A stretch of DNA of 64,000 bases from a virus (Duplodnaviria > Caudoviricetes). Below are positions 54,060 to 63,945 of this stretch, in pieces (the stretch's first letter is position 1; every line of letters starts with the position of its first letter). Both the position numbers and the translations under genes were made by a program. Under the pieces are notes generated by a model. It made no database searches, was not told where the DNA came from, and saw nothing but the letters and a program-made list of their open reading frames with translations. Where the stretch lies: the IMG/VR virus record IMGVR_UViG_3300011717_000032, positions 1 to 64,000 of that record. One strand, written 5' to 3'.

Positions 54060-54305
54060 ATGTCCGAAGTTACCGTCACACCTGCACAACAGATACGTTT
54101 GAATTTATTGGCATCTCTTGGTTATGACACTGCGGCAGCCGCAGAGGCCATTAAGTTCGTTGGTGATGATCCGCTGAAGTATCAGATTTTCGTAAACCAG
54201 TTAAGCCGGGTTACAACTGAAAATGGGTTGGTGGCCAGAACGACCAAAGCCATTAAAGAGTCGGAAGAAGCGCTCCTGCTTTTTGACACTGAATCTGGCA
54301 GTTGA
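54060..54305 (+). CDS. Small phage protein (DUF2560-like)
   Basis: Homolog of 13418-13660. Confidence 0.75.
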   Translation: MSEVTVTPAQQIRLNLLASLGYDTAAAAEAIKFVGDDPLKYQIFVNQLSRVTTENGLVARTTKAIKESEEALLLFDTESGS

Positions 54306-54474
54306 GCATTACCGTTATCTGGCTGGCCTCGCTTATGCGGGGCTTTTTTATGCGCTTCGCACGCGCACCATGAAGAGAGTCTTTCAGTAGTGAGCCTGGG
54401 TGATGCCGTTAGGTTGCGTTTACCTCTCGGGCGGTATTGCCGTGTGGCAGGCTCACGCCTAAAAGGAAACGCAC

Positions 54475-55932
54475 ATGCAGGTCACAATAGACGGTGTCCC
54501 GTATGCACCTGTCAATAATTCACGCGCTGTAATTGGAATCGCCATAACCACCCATAACAGAGCTGAAGTTCTTAAACGTGCTATTGAGCAGCACATGAAG
54601 CATCTGCCTACTGGAACATTGCTGGTGGTGATCGATGATGGCTCCAAACCTGCTGCAGTAGCGCCTGACGGTGTGCAACTGCTTCGTCATGAATCATCGC
54701 TCGGCATTGTCGCCTCGAAGAACGCCAGCCTGACCGCGCTGATTGATGCCGGATGTGAACACCTTTTTCTGTGGGATGATGACGCCTGGCCTATCTCCGA
54801 TAACTGGCATCTGCCTTACATAGAATCACCAGAACCGCACCTGGCTTACCAGTTCCTCGATTTGGCTGGCCGCAATAAGCTGAACGATATTGCTGTGCTG
54901 TACCGGGATGATAAGCACATCGCTTACACCGGTCAGCGCGGTGTGATGCTCTACTTCCACCGTAGCGCCATTGATAAGGTTGGCGGATTCGATCCGATAT
55001 ATTGCCGCGGTATGTATGAGCATCCAGATCTGGCCCTTCGCATTCACAACGCCGGGTTATCGACCTGGGCGTTCGCTGATGTGGCTGGCTCTGAAAAACT
55101 GATTCATTCGATGGATGAGCATGAAGAGGGCTCTCGCTCAATACCCCGGCCAGAACGCGAGAGTCTCGCAAAGGCAAATGCAATAATCTACAGCGCCCGT
55201 CGGGATAGTGGCTATACAGCATATGTACCTTACCGACAGCAGCATGATGTTGTTATCACGTCTCTCCTGACAAACCAGCCCGATCCGCAACGCAAGGTTA
55301 AGATGCCAGCCGATGCAGCCTTATTGCAGGCGTGGGCCCGTTCCATTCGTGGTGCTAAGGCTGTGGTGCTGGCAGACGAACTTGCTACTGCGCCGGAAGG
55401 TGTAACCCTGCAGTCTGTTCCTACATTGAACATGAGCCCGTACTTTGCGCGCTGGCTGCATATCTATCAACACCTGAGAGAGCATCCAGAATATCGCTTC
55501 GTGTGGTGTACCGACGGTACAGACGTTGAGATGCTTCGGGAACCTTGGGCAGCAATGCAACCCGGTAAAATTTACGTCGGCTCTGAGCATAAGACGTATG
55601 CAGAAGAGTGGATGAAGGCTAATCACCACGGCAAAGCCTATAGCGAGTTCCTCGAAAGATATCGTGACGATCAGCTGCTGAATGCTGGCCTGATTGGTGG
55701 CAGCCGTGAAGATGTAATTGAGTTTGCCCACCGGATCATCCGTCAGCACTACCTGATTGAAAGCCATCGCTTCTGGAAGATGGAGTCAGCACCCGCAACG
55801 CAGGTGGACATGGGCGCTTTCGGGATGGCTGCAAAGTCATTCGGTGATCGAATCGTTACCGGTCCTCTGGTTCACACCATCTTTAAAACTGAGGGTTTCG
55901 GTAAGGAGGCTGCCTGGTGGAAGCACAAATAA
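54475..55932 (+). CDS. Two-domain glycosyltransferase (GT2 + second GT-A domain)
   Basis: IDDGS, LWDDD, GGFD...YEHPDL; second domain WCTDGTDV, LLNAGLIGG. Confidence 0.85.
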   Translation: MQVTIDGVPYAPVNNSRAVIGIAITTHNRAEVLKRAIEQHMKHLPTGTLLVVIDDGSKPAAVAPDGVQLLRHESSLGIVASKNASLTALIDAGCEHLFLWDDDAWPISDNWHLPYIESPEPHLAYQFLDLAGRNKLNDIAVLYRDDKHIAYTGQRGVMLYFHRSAIDKVGGFDPIYCRGMYEHPDLALRIHNAGLSTWAFADVAGSEKLIHSMDEHEEGSRSIPRPERESLAKANAIIYSARRDSGYTAYVPYRQQHDVVITSLLTNQPDPQRKVKMPADAALLQAWARSIRGAKAVVLADELATAPEGVTLQSVPTLNMSPYFARWLHIYQHLREHPEYRFVWCTDGTDVEMLREPWAAMQPGKIYVGSEHKTYAEEWMKANHHGKAYSEFLERYRDDQLLNAGLIGGSREDVIEFAHRIIRQHYLIESHRFWKMESAPATQVDMGAFGMAAKSFGDRIVTGPLVHTIFKTEGFGKEAAWWKHK

Positions 55933-56510
55933 AGTTTATTGTGGTCGGTCATCATAAGCGCTTTGAGCAGGCAAGCTCACTGGCTGCAGCTATAGGGCCA
56001 GCTTGTACGATGCTGATTGATGAGCAATACAGCGGAGCAAATGCCGGACATCGCCGCGCGCTTGAGTGGGCATTATGGCAGGATTGCCGTGTAGTAATTC
56101 TGGAAGATGATGCGCTGCCCGTCGCTGGCTTTACTGAGCTGGTGGGTGAATGGCTGAACCGCTTCCCTGATTCGCTTGTGAGCTTTTACCTGGGCACTGG
56201 CCGCCCACCTCAGTATCAGATGCAGGTAGCCGAACGGCTGATTGTTGCTGATAAGACTCGGGCTGACTTCATCACGCTATCCCGCCTGATTCATGGTGTC
56301 TGTTACAGCGTACCTCCTCAGAAGATTCACAGCGTGCTCTCCCGATGGGATAGCAGTAAGCCTGCTGATTATGCAGTAGGTGACGCATATGGTGGTGCGG
56401 TGGTCTACCCATGCTGGTCTCTGGTGGACCATGCCGACGGCGAACCGGTTGAGCGACACCCTGACGCAGCCCCACGAACAGAGCGCCGTCGTGCGTGGAG
56501 GTTAGCCTGA
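55917..56510 (+). CDS. GT25-like glycosyltransferase
   Basis: GANAGHRRAL...VVILEDDA; AAGGAGG RBS, GTG start. Confidence 0.68.
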   Translation: MEAQIKFIVVGHHKRFEQASSLAAAIGPACTMLIDEQYSGANAGHRRALEWALWQDCRVVILEDDALPVAGFTELVGEWLNRFPDSLVSFYLGTGRPPQYQMQVAERLIVADKTRADFITLSRLIHGVCYSVPPQKIHSVLSRWDSSKPADYAVGDAYGGAVVYPCWSLVDHADGEPVERHPDAAPRTERRRAWRLA

Positions 56511-56860
56511 TGCCTGCGTTAATACCCAGAGCATGCCGCAAGCGTGGCTGTTCAGGCACAACTACAGACCGCTCAGGCTACTGCCCTACGCACCTTAATG
56601 AAGGCTGGCAACAGCATCAGCGAGGACAAAGCAGACATCAGCGCGGCTATGGCAGCAAATGGGACAGGCTGCGTCCTCTCGTTCTCAACAGAGATAAACA
56701 TCTTTGTCGGGAGTGCCTGAGGAATGGACGGTACACACCTGCTGAGACGGTCGATCACATTACCGCTAAAGCGAATGGGGGTACCGATGACCTGTCCAAT
56801 CTCGAAAGCCTCTGCAAGCCTTGCCACAGGGCGAAGACAGCGGTCGAAAGGCTCAAATGA
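56510..56860 (+). CDS. Terminase-associated HNH endonuclease
   Basis: CREC...VDHITAKANGG...NLESLCKPCH. Confidence 0.92.
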   Translation: MPALIPRACRKRGCSGTTTDRSGYCPTHLNEGWQQHQRGQSRHQRGYGSKWDRLRPLVLNRDKHLCRECLRNGRYTPAETVDHITAKANGGTDDLSNLESLCKPCHRAKTAVERLK

Positions 56861-56928
56861 TATCAATTCTCACTTGCATCGACCGAGGGGGAGGGCGGGT
56901 TGAAAGTTCAGGAACGACGCGCCAAAGG

Positions 56929-56938
56929 ACCGCCGCCT
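56929..56938 (+). other. Candidate cos core ACCGCCGCCT
   Basis: Same 10-mer and context as 15067-15076. Confidence 0.5.
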
Positions 56939-57017
56939 AACCTCTTTTCACATCGCCGCAGGTTAGAAAACTTTTTTATGGGGTCCCCCATTCGATGATT
57001 AATAGGAGTTTTCGATT

Positions 57018-57491
57018 ATGTCAGGACCACCGAAAACCCCGACCCATCTACGTTTGGTGAGGGGTAACCCATCAAAACGCCCGATCAACGAAAACGAACC
57101 AAAACCAGCTGCTGGGGTACCCCCAACACCGAAGCATTTCGACAAGCAGGGGAAATACTGGTTTAAGCGAATGGCCGAGGAGCTTGATGCTATCGGCGTG
57201 ATGTCGCAGCTGGATGCCAGAGCCCTGGAATTGCTGGTGGAGGCATATACCGAGTATCGGCACCACTGCGAAACGCTCGAAGTTGAGGGCTATACCTACC
57301 GGACCGAAACACAGACAGGTGATGTGATGATCAAGGCTCACCCGGCCGCGATCATGAAAGCCGATGCCTGGAAACGTCTTCGCGCCATGCTTGGTGAGTT
57401 CGGCATGACCCCAGCCAGTCGCTCTAAGGTGAATGCAAAAGCGCCGGATGCGGTTGACCCGCTGGCCGAGTTTATGAAAGCGAGGGACTAA
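57018..57491 (+). CDS. terS: Terminase small subunit (P27 family)
   Basis: GPPKTPT...GNPSKR, FGMTPASRSK. Confidence 0.9.
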   Translation: MSGPPKTPTHLRLVRGNPSKRPINENEPKPAAGVPPTPKHFDKQGKYWFKRMAEELDAIGVMSQLDARALELLVEAYTEYRHHCETLEVEGYTYRTETQTGDVMIKAHPAAIMKADAWKRLRAMLGEFGMTPASRSKVNAKAPDAVDPLAEFMKARD

Positions 57492-59227
57492 TGGCTAAGG
57501 TTGCAGATGGCATCCGCTACGCCGAGAAGGTAGTGGCAGGGGAAATTATTGCCTGCGAGTATGTGCGCCTTGCCTGTCAGCGTTTTATTGACGATCTGGC
57601 GAACGGTGAAGAGCGTGGAATCTTTTTCAGCGAGCCCCGCGCGCAGCACATATTAAATTTTTATAAGTTTGTTCCACATGTTAAGGGCGCACTGGCAGGA
57701 CAGCCCATTGAACTGATGGACTGGCATGTATTCATCCTGATTAATATTTATGGCTTCGTGATCCCGTTGGTTAACGAAGAAACGGGAGAACCGGTCCTGC
57801 GTAACGATGGGAGCGGGCGACCGGTAATGGTCAGGCGGTTCCGTACAGCAGATGTCGAAGTGGCCCGTAAAAACGCCAAATCAACTCTTTGCTCTGGCGT
57901 TGGGCTGTATATGGCTGGTGCTGATGGCGAGGGCGGCGCGGAGGTCTATTCTGCTGCTACCACTCGTGACCAGGCGCGAATTGTTTTTGAAGATGCGAAG
58001 AACATGGTCAAGAAGGCGAAAGCCACCCTTGGGCGACTCTTCGAATTCAACAAACTTGCCATCTATCAGGAGCAGACGGCTTCTAAATTCGAGCCGTTAT
58101 CATCAGACGCAAACAACCTCGACGGCCTGAACATCCACTGCGCCATCGTAGACGAACTGCATGCTCACAAAACCCGTGACGTCTGGGACGTGCTAGAGAC
58201 CGCAACAGGCGCGCGCCTTCAGTCGTTATTGTTCGGCATCACTACCGCAGGGTTCAACAAAGAGGGCATCTGTTACGAGCTGCGCGATTACGCCATTAAG
58301 GTGCTACGTGGCCTTGTAAAAGACGACACGTTTTTCGCAATCATCTACACCCTGGATGATGGTGACGATCCCTTTGATGAAAAAGTCTGGCAAAAGGCGA
58401 ATCCGGGGCTGGGTATATGCAAGCGCTGGGATGATCTGCGCCGTCTGGCGAAAAAGGCGAAAGAGCAGGTTTCGGCCAGGGTTAACTTTTTCACAAAGCA
58501 CATGAATATCTGGGTTACCGCTGAATCTGCCTGGATGGACATGATGAAGTGGGAAAAATGCGAAGTTATTGCCCCGCAGCATGAGCTTAAAACCTATCCC
58601 TCATGGGTTGGTGTGGATCTTTCAAACAAGATAGATATTTGTGCTGCAGTCAAAGTCTGGCGAGCGCCTGACGGCCACGTACATGCTGATTTTAAATTCT
58701 GGTTACCAGAAGGTCGCCTGGAGAAGTGTTCCCGCCAGATGGCCGAGCTTTATCGAAAGTGGGCAGAACTGGACAGGCTAATCCTTACTGACGGGGATGT
58801 AATCGACCATGCCCAGATCAAAGAGGAGCTTCAGCAATGGGTTGCAGGTGAGAGCCTGAAAGAAATCGGCTTCGACCCTTGGAGCGCAACCCAGTTTAGT
58901 CTGGCGCTGGCAGAAGAAGGGCTTCCGCTGGTGGAAGTACCGCAGACGGTTCGCAACTACTCAGAAGCGATGAAAGAAGTAGAAGCCCTGGTTTATGGTG
59001 GGCGCTTCCATCACAGCGATCACCCGGTCATGAACTGGATGATGTCGAACGTAACCGTCAAGCCTGACCGGAACGAGAACATTTTCCCGAACAAGTCCAC
59101 ACCAGAGGCCAAAATTGACGGCCCAGCTGCGTTGTTTACGGCAATGAGCCGCGTTCTGGTTAATGGGGGCAACGACCAGCAGGATCTTTCCGGATTCTTC
59201 AACAATCCCATCATGGTAGGTTTCTGA
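57491..59227 (+). CDS. terL: Terminase large subunit
   Basis: ARKNAKS, IVDELHAH, KIDG. Confidence 0.95.
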   Translation: MAKVADGIRYAEKVVAGEIIACEYVRLACQRFIDDLANGEERGIFFSEPRAQHILNFYKFVPHVKGALAGQPIELMDWHVFILINIYGFVIPLVNEETGEPVLRNDGSGRPVMVRRFRTADVEVARKNAKSTLCSGVGLYMAGADGEGGAEVYSAATTRDQARIVFEDAKNMVKKAKATLGRLFEFNKLAIYQEQTASKFEPLSSDANNLDGLNIHCAIVDELHAHKTRDVWDVLETATGARLQSLLFGITTAGFNKEGICYELRDYAIKVLRGLVKDDTFFAIIYTLDDGDDPFDEKVWQKANPGLGICKRWDDLRRLAKKAKEQVSARVNFFTKHMNIWVTAESAWMDMMKWEKCEVIAPQHELKTYPSWVGVDLSNKIDICAAVKVWRAPDGHVHADFKFWLPEGRLEKCSRQMAELYRKWAELDRLILTDGDVIDHAQIKEELQQWVAGESLKEIGFDPWSATQFSLALAEEGLPLVEVPQTVRNYSEAMKEVEALVYGGRFHHSDHPVMNWMMSNVTVKPDRNENIFPNKSTPEAKIDGPAALFTAMSRVLVNGGNDQQDLSGFFNNPIMVGF

Positions 59228-60531
59228 TGAAAAAAAACAAACAGCCAGGCAAGGTGAAAAGCGCCTTGCTTAACTGGCTTGGGGTTCCTATCAGCCTGAC
59301 TACCGGTACATTCTGGGAGGAGTGGTTTGGTACCAGTAGCAGCGGGAAGGTGGTAACGGCCGATAAAGCTATCCAGCTTTCAGCTGTCTGGGCATGTGTA
59401 AGGCTTTTAAGTGAGTCCATTTCGACTCTACCGCTGAAAATATACGTGCGTCAGCCTGACGGCTCGCGTAAGCCTGCGGCAGATCATCCGGCCTATTCTG
59501 TGCTATGCCGTCGACCCAATTCAGAAATGACGCCATCACGATTTATGTTGATGGTTGTTGCCAGTATCTGCCTGCGCGGGAATGCCTTTATTGAAAAGAA
59601 GTTCATCGCAAACCGGCTGGTTTCACTGGTTCCATTGCTACCACAGAACATGGTAGTGAAGCGCCTCGATAGTGGGGCGCTTGAATATACCTATACCGAG
59701 AAAGGCAAGGAGCGTGTCATTCCGGTAAAAAACATCATGCATATTCGCGGATTCGGCCTTGATGGTGTTTGCGGCATGATGCCGATGAAAACTGGTCGTG
59801 ATGTCATCGGCTCAGCCATGGCGGTTGAAGAGTCAGCAGCAAAAATTTTCGAGCAAGGATTACAGAGTTCTGGCTTCCTAACAGCAGAGCAAGCATTGAG
59901 CGATGAGCAAAGGGAAAGACTTCGCGGCTACATGGCATCATTCACCGGCTCTAAAAACGCCGGAAAAATTATGGTTCTTGAGGGCGGGCTGAAATATCAG
60001 GGTGTAACTATGAATCCTGAAGATGCCCAGATGCTCGAAAGCCGATCCTTCAGCATTGAGGAAATCTGCCGCTGGTTTCGGGTACCGCCTTTCATGGTAG
60101 GTCACACCACCAAACAAAGCAGTTGGGCCTCCAGCCTTGAAGGCATGAACCTGCAATTCCTGACTCACACACTTCGACCGCTGCTGGTGAATATTGAGCA
60201 GGAAATTGGTCGGTGCTTGCTCGATAGCGATGATGAAGTATTCGCCGAGTTCTCCGTTGAAGGACTTCTACGCGCAGATAGCGCGGGCCGTGCAGCTTAC
60301 TATACCAGTGCGCTGCAGAATGGCTGGATGTCCCGCAATGACGTTCGCCGTCTTGAGAACATGCCGCCTATTGAAGGAGGCGATATCTATACAGTTCAGC
60401 TTAATTTGACCCAGCTGAAAAACCTCGAAAACAGCAATCCTGCAGTTCAGGCACTCGCCCTGAGAGAACTGCATAACCATGTATTCCCCGATATTTCCTT
60501 TGAACAATCTCCGCTGAAACAGGCCGCTTAG
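59227..60531 (+). CDS. Portal protein (HK97 family)
   Basis: Close homolog of 17322-18626. Confidence 0.95.
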   Translation: MKKNKQPGKVKSALLNWLGVPISLTTGTFWEEWFGTSSSGKVVTADKAIQLSAVWACVRLLSESISTLPLKIYVRQPDGSRKPAADHPAYSVLCRRPNSEMTPSRFMLMVVASICLRGNAFIEKKFIANRLVSLVPLLPQNMVVKRLDSGALEYTYTEKGKERVIPVKNIMHIRGFGLDGVCGMMPMKTGRDVIGSAMAVEESAAKIFEQGLQSSGFLTAEQALSDEQRERLRGYMASFTGSKNAGKIMVLEGGLKYQGVTMNPEDAQMLESRSFSIEEICRWFRVPPFMVGHTTKQSSWASSLEGMNLQFLTHTLRPLLVNIEQEIGRCLLDSDDEVFAEFSVEGLLRADSAGRAAYYTSALQNGWMSRNDVRRLENMPPIEGGDIYTVQLNLTQLKNLENSNPAVQALALRELHNHVFPDISFEQSPLKQAA

Positions 60532-60544
60532 GAGCAATTTCCTG

Positions 60545-61393
60545 ATGAGCAAAAAACAACTTCCGGCTGCACCGGCGGGTCGCCCCTGCGCGCGTGTTAC
60601 CTGTGAAACGTTACCCTCTGCAATGGACCGCTGGGACGGTGGAATAAAAGCCGCGGCCACCGACGATAACAGCATTTCTGTTTTTGATGTTATCGGACAG
60701 GACTACTGGGGCGAAGGGGTGACAGCTAAACGTATTGCTGGTGCACTTCGGGCGATGAACGGCGCCGACGTTACGGTGAATATCAACTCACCGGGCGGCG
60801 ACATGTTCGAAGGTCTGGCAATTTATAACCTTCTCCGCGAATACGAAGGCCGTGTAACGGTGAAGGTGCTGGGCATTGCCGCCAGTGCCGCCTCGATAAT
60901 TGCGATGGCCGGGGATGATATTAAGATTGGCCGTGGTGCCTTCCTGATGATCCACAACTGCTGGGTATACGCGATGGGCAACCGCCATGACTTTGCTGAA
61001 CTGGCACAGTCTCTGGAGCCCTTCGATACCGCAATGGCTGATATCTACGCTGCGCGCTCCGGTCTTGATATGGCCGCCGTACAGAAGCTGATGGATGCAG
61101 AAAGTTATATCGGTGGAAGTGACGCCGTGGTGAAAGGCCTGGCAGACAGCCTGCTTTCGGCTGATGCGGTCAGCGATGGTGATGATTCACCGTCTGCAGC
61201 ATTGCGCAAACTCGATGCGCTGCTGGCTAAAACCAATACCCCGCGCTCTGAGCGCCGAAAACTGATTAAAGCCTTATCCGGTGGCATGCCTGGCGCTGTC
61301 ACCACCAATGACGGTACGCCGGGCGCTACCGCAGAAATCAAACCTGAAACTATCAATTCACTTGAAAGCGCCCTGGCGGCGTTAGTCAATTAA
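60545..61393 (+). CDS. ClpP-like prohead protease
   Basis: INSPGGDMFEG, MIHN. Confidence 0.92.
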   Translation: MSKKQLPAAPAGRPCARVTCETLPSAMDRWDGGIKAAATDDNSISVFDVIGQDYWGEGVTAKRIAGALRAMNGADVTVNINSPGGDMFEGLAIYNLLREYEGRVTVKVLGIAASAASIIAMAGDDIKIGRGAFLMIHNCWVYAMGNRHDFAELAQSLEPFDTAMADIYAARSGLDMAAVQKLMDAESYIGGSDAVVKGLADSLLSADAVSDGDDSPSAALRKLDALLAKTNTPRSERRKLIKALSGGMPGAVTTNDGTPGATAEIKPETINSLESALAALVN

Positions 61394-61402
61394 GGACCAT
61401 TT

Positions 61403-62614
61403 ATGTCTGAAGTAAACGATATTCTGAAAAAAGTTACTGCCAGCATTGAAGAGGCAACCGGCAAGTTCAACGCCAAAGCAGAAGACGCACTTAAAGAGGC
61501 GAAGAAATCCGGCAAGCTGTCAGAAGAAACAAAGGCAGCCGTTGATAAAATGGCTTCTGAGTTCAACGCCCTGCGCGAAGCAGAAAAAACGCTGAAGGCG
61601 GCGATGGGCGAGCTTGAGCAGCACGTTGCACAGATGCCGCTGGCAAATGCAAAACAGGTTGTCGAATCAATCGGTCATCAACTGATCTCTGCTGAAGCGC
61701 TGAAAAACTTTGCCGCAAGCGTGGATGGTGGTAAGCGCATCAGTATCCCTGTTAAAGCAGCACTGACCTCAGCGGATGTACCTGATGGTGTCGTCGAACC
61801 TCAGCGCATTCCAGGTATCGATACGGCACCAAAACAGCGCCTGTTCATCCGTGATCTGATTGCGCCAGGCCGCACTTCCTCTCCGGCAATTTTTTGGGTG
61901 CAGCAGACAGGCTTCACCAATAACGCGAAAGTGGTTCCTGAGAATACCCAGAAACCATATAGCGAGATTGAGTTCACACCAAAAATCACGGGCGTCAGCA
62001 CCATTGCTCACCTGTTTAAAGCTTCCAAACAGATCCTTGATGATTTCGCACAACTGCAGTCAACCGTTGATGCCGAAATGCGCTACGGTCTGAAATATGC
62101 AGAAGAGCAGGAAATCCTCTTCGGTGACGGCACTGGTGTTCACCTACACGGCATCGTTCCTCAGGCTTCAGCGTTCGACCCGGCGTTTACCGTTGAACAG
62201 CAGAGCGGTATTGACGATCTGCGCCTGGCAATGTTGCAGGCGCAGCTGGCGCGCTTCCCGGCTTCCGGCCACGTGCTTCACTTCATCGACTGGGCGCGGA
62301 TCGAACTGACCAAAGACAGCCTGGGTCGTTATATCCTGGCTAACCCGGCTGCGCTGACTGGACCGACTCTTTGGGGCCTGCCAGTTGTTGCTACGGAAGC
62401 GGCAGCCTTCCAGGGTAAATTCCTGACCGGTGCATTCAACGCAGGCGCACAAATCTTCGACCGCGAAGATGCCAACGTTGTGATCTCTACTGAGAACGCC
62501 GATGACTTCGAGAAAAACATGATCACCATCCGTTGCGAAGAACGCCTGGCGCTGGCCGTCAAACGTCCAGAAGCATTCGTGTATGGTGCATTCCGTACCG
62601 GTTCCGGCAGCTAA
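61403..62614 (+). CDS. Major capsid protein (HK97 fold)
   Basis: Homolog of 19493-20713. Confidence 0.95.
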   Translation: MSEVNDILKKVTASIEEATGKFNAKAEDALKEAKKSGKLSEETKAAVDKMASEFNALREAEKTLKAAMGELEQHVAQMPLANAKQVVESIGHQLISAEALKNFAASVDGGKRISIPVKAALTSADVPDGVVEPQRIPGIDTAPKQRLFIRDLIAPGRTSSPAIFWVQQTGFTNNAKVVPENTQKPYSEIEFTPKITGVSTIAHLFKASKQILDDFAQLQSTVDAEMRYGLKYAEEQEILFGDGTGVHLHGIVPQASAFDPAFTVEQQSGIDDLRLAMLQAQLARFPASGHVLHFIDWARIELTKDSLGRYILANPAALTGPTLWGLPVVATEAAAFQGKFLTGAFNAGAQIFDREDANVVISTENADDFEKNMITIRCEERLALAVKRPEAFVYGAFRTGSGS

Positions 62615-62655
62615 TAAACATTGCGGCCTTCGGGCCGCTCATACAGGTGGAAGTG

Positions 62656-62826
62656 ATGAAACTGATCGCACTTAAACCGATTTATTTCGGTGGCGTTGTC
62701 GTGTCTGAAGGACATCCGCTGGAGACGCTGGAACAACACGGTCGTGAGCTAATTAAAAAAGGCTACGCGAAGACCGACGAAACCGAGAAGCCTGAACCCA
62801 AAGCAGATAAGAAGGCGAAAAAGTAA
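62656..62826 (+). CDS. Small head-associated protein
   Basis: Homolog of 20767-20952. Confidence 0.7.
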   Translation: MKLIALKPIYFGGVVVSEGHPLETLEQHGRELIKKGYAKTDETEKPEPKADKKAKK

Positions 62827-63152
62827 TGATCGATCTTGATGTGGTGAAACAGCACTGCCGCATTGATACCGACTTTACCGGTGATGATGCCCTACTGGAG
62901 ATATATACGGGGGCAGCGGCGCGGTACGTCCAGAAATGGACAAGACGAACGCTTTATGAGACGGAGAGCAGTGCCGGATATAGCGAAGATCCTGATTCGA
63001 TTCTCCTGACGGAGGATGTAAAAGCCGCCATGCTCTTGCTGATTGGTCACTGGTATGCAAATCGTGAGGCGGTGAATATCGGCAACATAACCACAGCTGT
63101 CCCCTTCGCTGTAGAAGCTCTGTTACAGCCTTATCGTATTTATGGAGTCTAG
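62826..63152 (+). CDS. Head-tail connector (gp6-like)
   Basis: VKQHCRID...GHWYANRE...LLQPYR. Confidence 0.9.
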   Translation: MIDLDVVKQHCRIDTDFTGDDALLEIYTGAAARYVQKWTRRTLYETESSAGYSEDPDSILLTEDVKAAMLLLIGHWYANREAVNIGNITTAVPFAVEALLQPYRIYGV

Positions 63153-63160
63153 GAGGATTT

Positions 63161-63499
63161 ATGCAGGCCGGAAGACTCAGGGATATGGTTACTGTTCAGA
63201 AGTTTACGACTACGCGAGACACGTCAGGTCAGATGGTTGAGGCATGGACTAACGGTGCAACGATATGGGCAGAAGTAAAGGGAATCAGTGGTCGCGAGTT
63301 AGTTGCTGCTGGGGCTGAAACCTCCCAGGCAACTATCAGAGTATGGACCAGATTCCGTCGAGATATAACAGCCGCATCAAGGTTAATAGTTGTTACTGGC
63401 CCCTTAAAAGGTGCTGTGCTGAACATTATCGGCCCACCCATACCAGACGCCAAAGGCGTACAACTCGAAATTCTCTGCAAGCAGGGATCTGAGAAATGA
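63161..63499 (+). CDS. Head closure / head-tail adaptor
   Basis: MQAGRLRD motif, synteny. Confidence 0.88.
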   Translation: MQAGRLRDMVTVQKFTTTRDTSGQMVEAWTNGATIWAEVKGISGRELVAAGAETSQATIRVWTRFRRDITAASRLIVVTGPLKGAVLNIIGPPIPDAKGVQLEILCKQGSEK

Positions 63500-63945
63500 T
63501 CGGAACGAGCCTTGATTTTTCCGGACTGGCCGACATCGCAAAAGACCTTGAGGCGCTCAGTCGCGCTGAAAATAACAAAGTTCTGCGCGATGCCACGCGC
63601 GCCGGGGCCGAAGTGCTTAAAGATGAGGTGATCTCCCGCGCGCCGGTACGCACCGGAAAACTGAAAAAAAATGTGGTTGTGGTGACACAGAAAAGCCGCC
63701 GCCGCGGCGAAATTTCTTCTGGTGTGCATATCCGTGGCATTAACCCTCATACCGGCAACAGCGATAACTCGATGAAGGCGGATAACCCGAGAAATGCCTT
63801 TTACTGGCGCTTTGTAGAGCTGGGAACCGCGAATATGCCAGCGCATCCATTTGTGCGGCCAGCTTACGATACTCGCGAAGAAGAGGCTGCAAGTGCTGCT
63901 ATTGCCAGGATGAATCAGGCTATTGATGAGGTGCTTAGCAAGTGA
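63496..63945 (+). CDS. HK97 gp10-family tail component
   Basis: YWRFVELGTANMPAHPFVRPAYD. Confidence 0.9.
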   Translation: MIGTSLDFSGLADIAKDLEALSRAENNKVLRDATRAGAEVLKDEVISRAPVRTGKLKKNVVVVTQKSRRRGEISSGVHIRGINPHTGNSDNSMKADNPRNAFYWRFVELGTANMPAHPFVRPAYDTREEEAASAAIARMNQAIDEVLSK

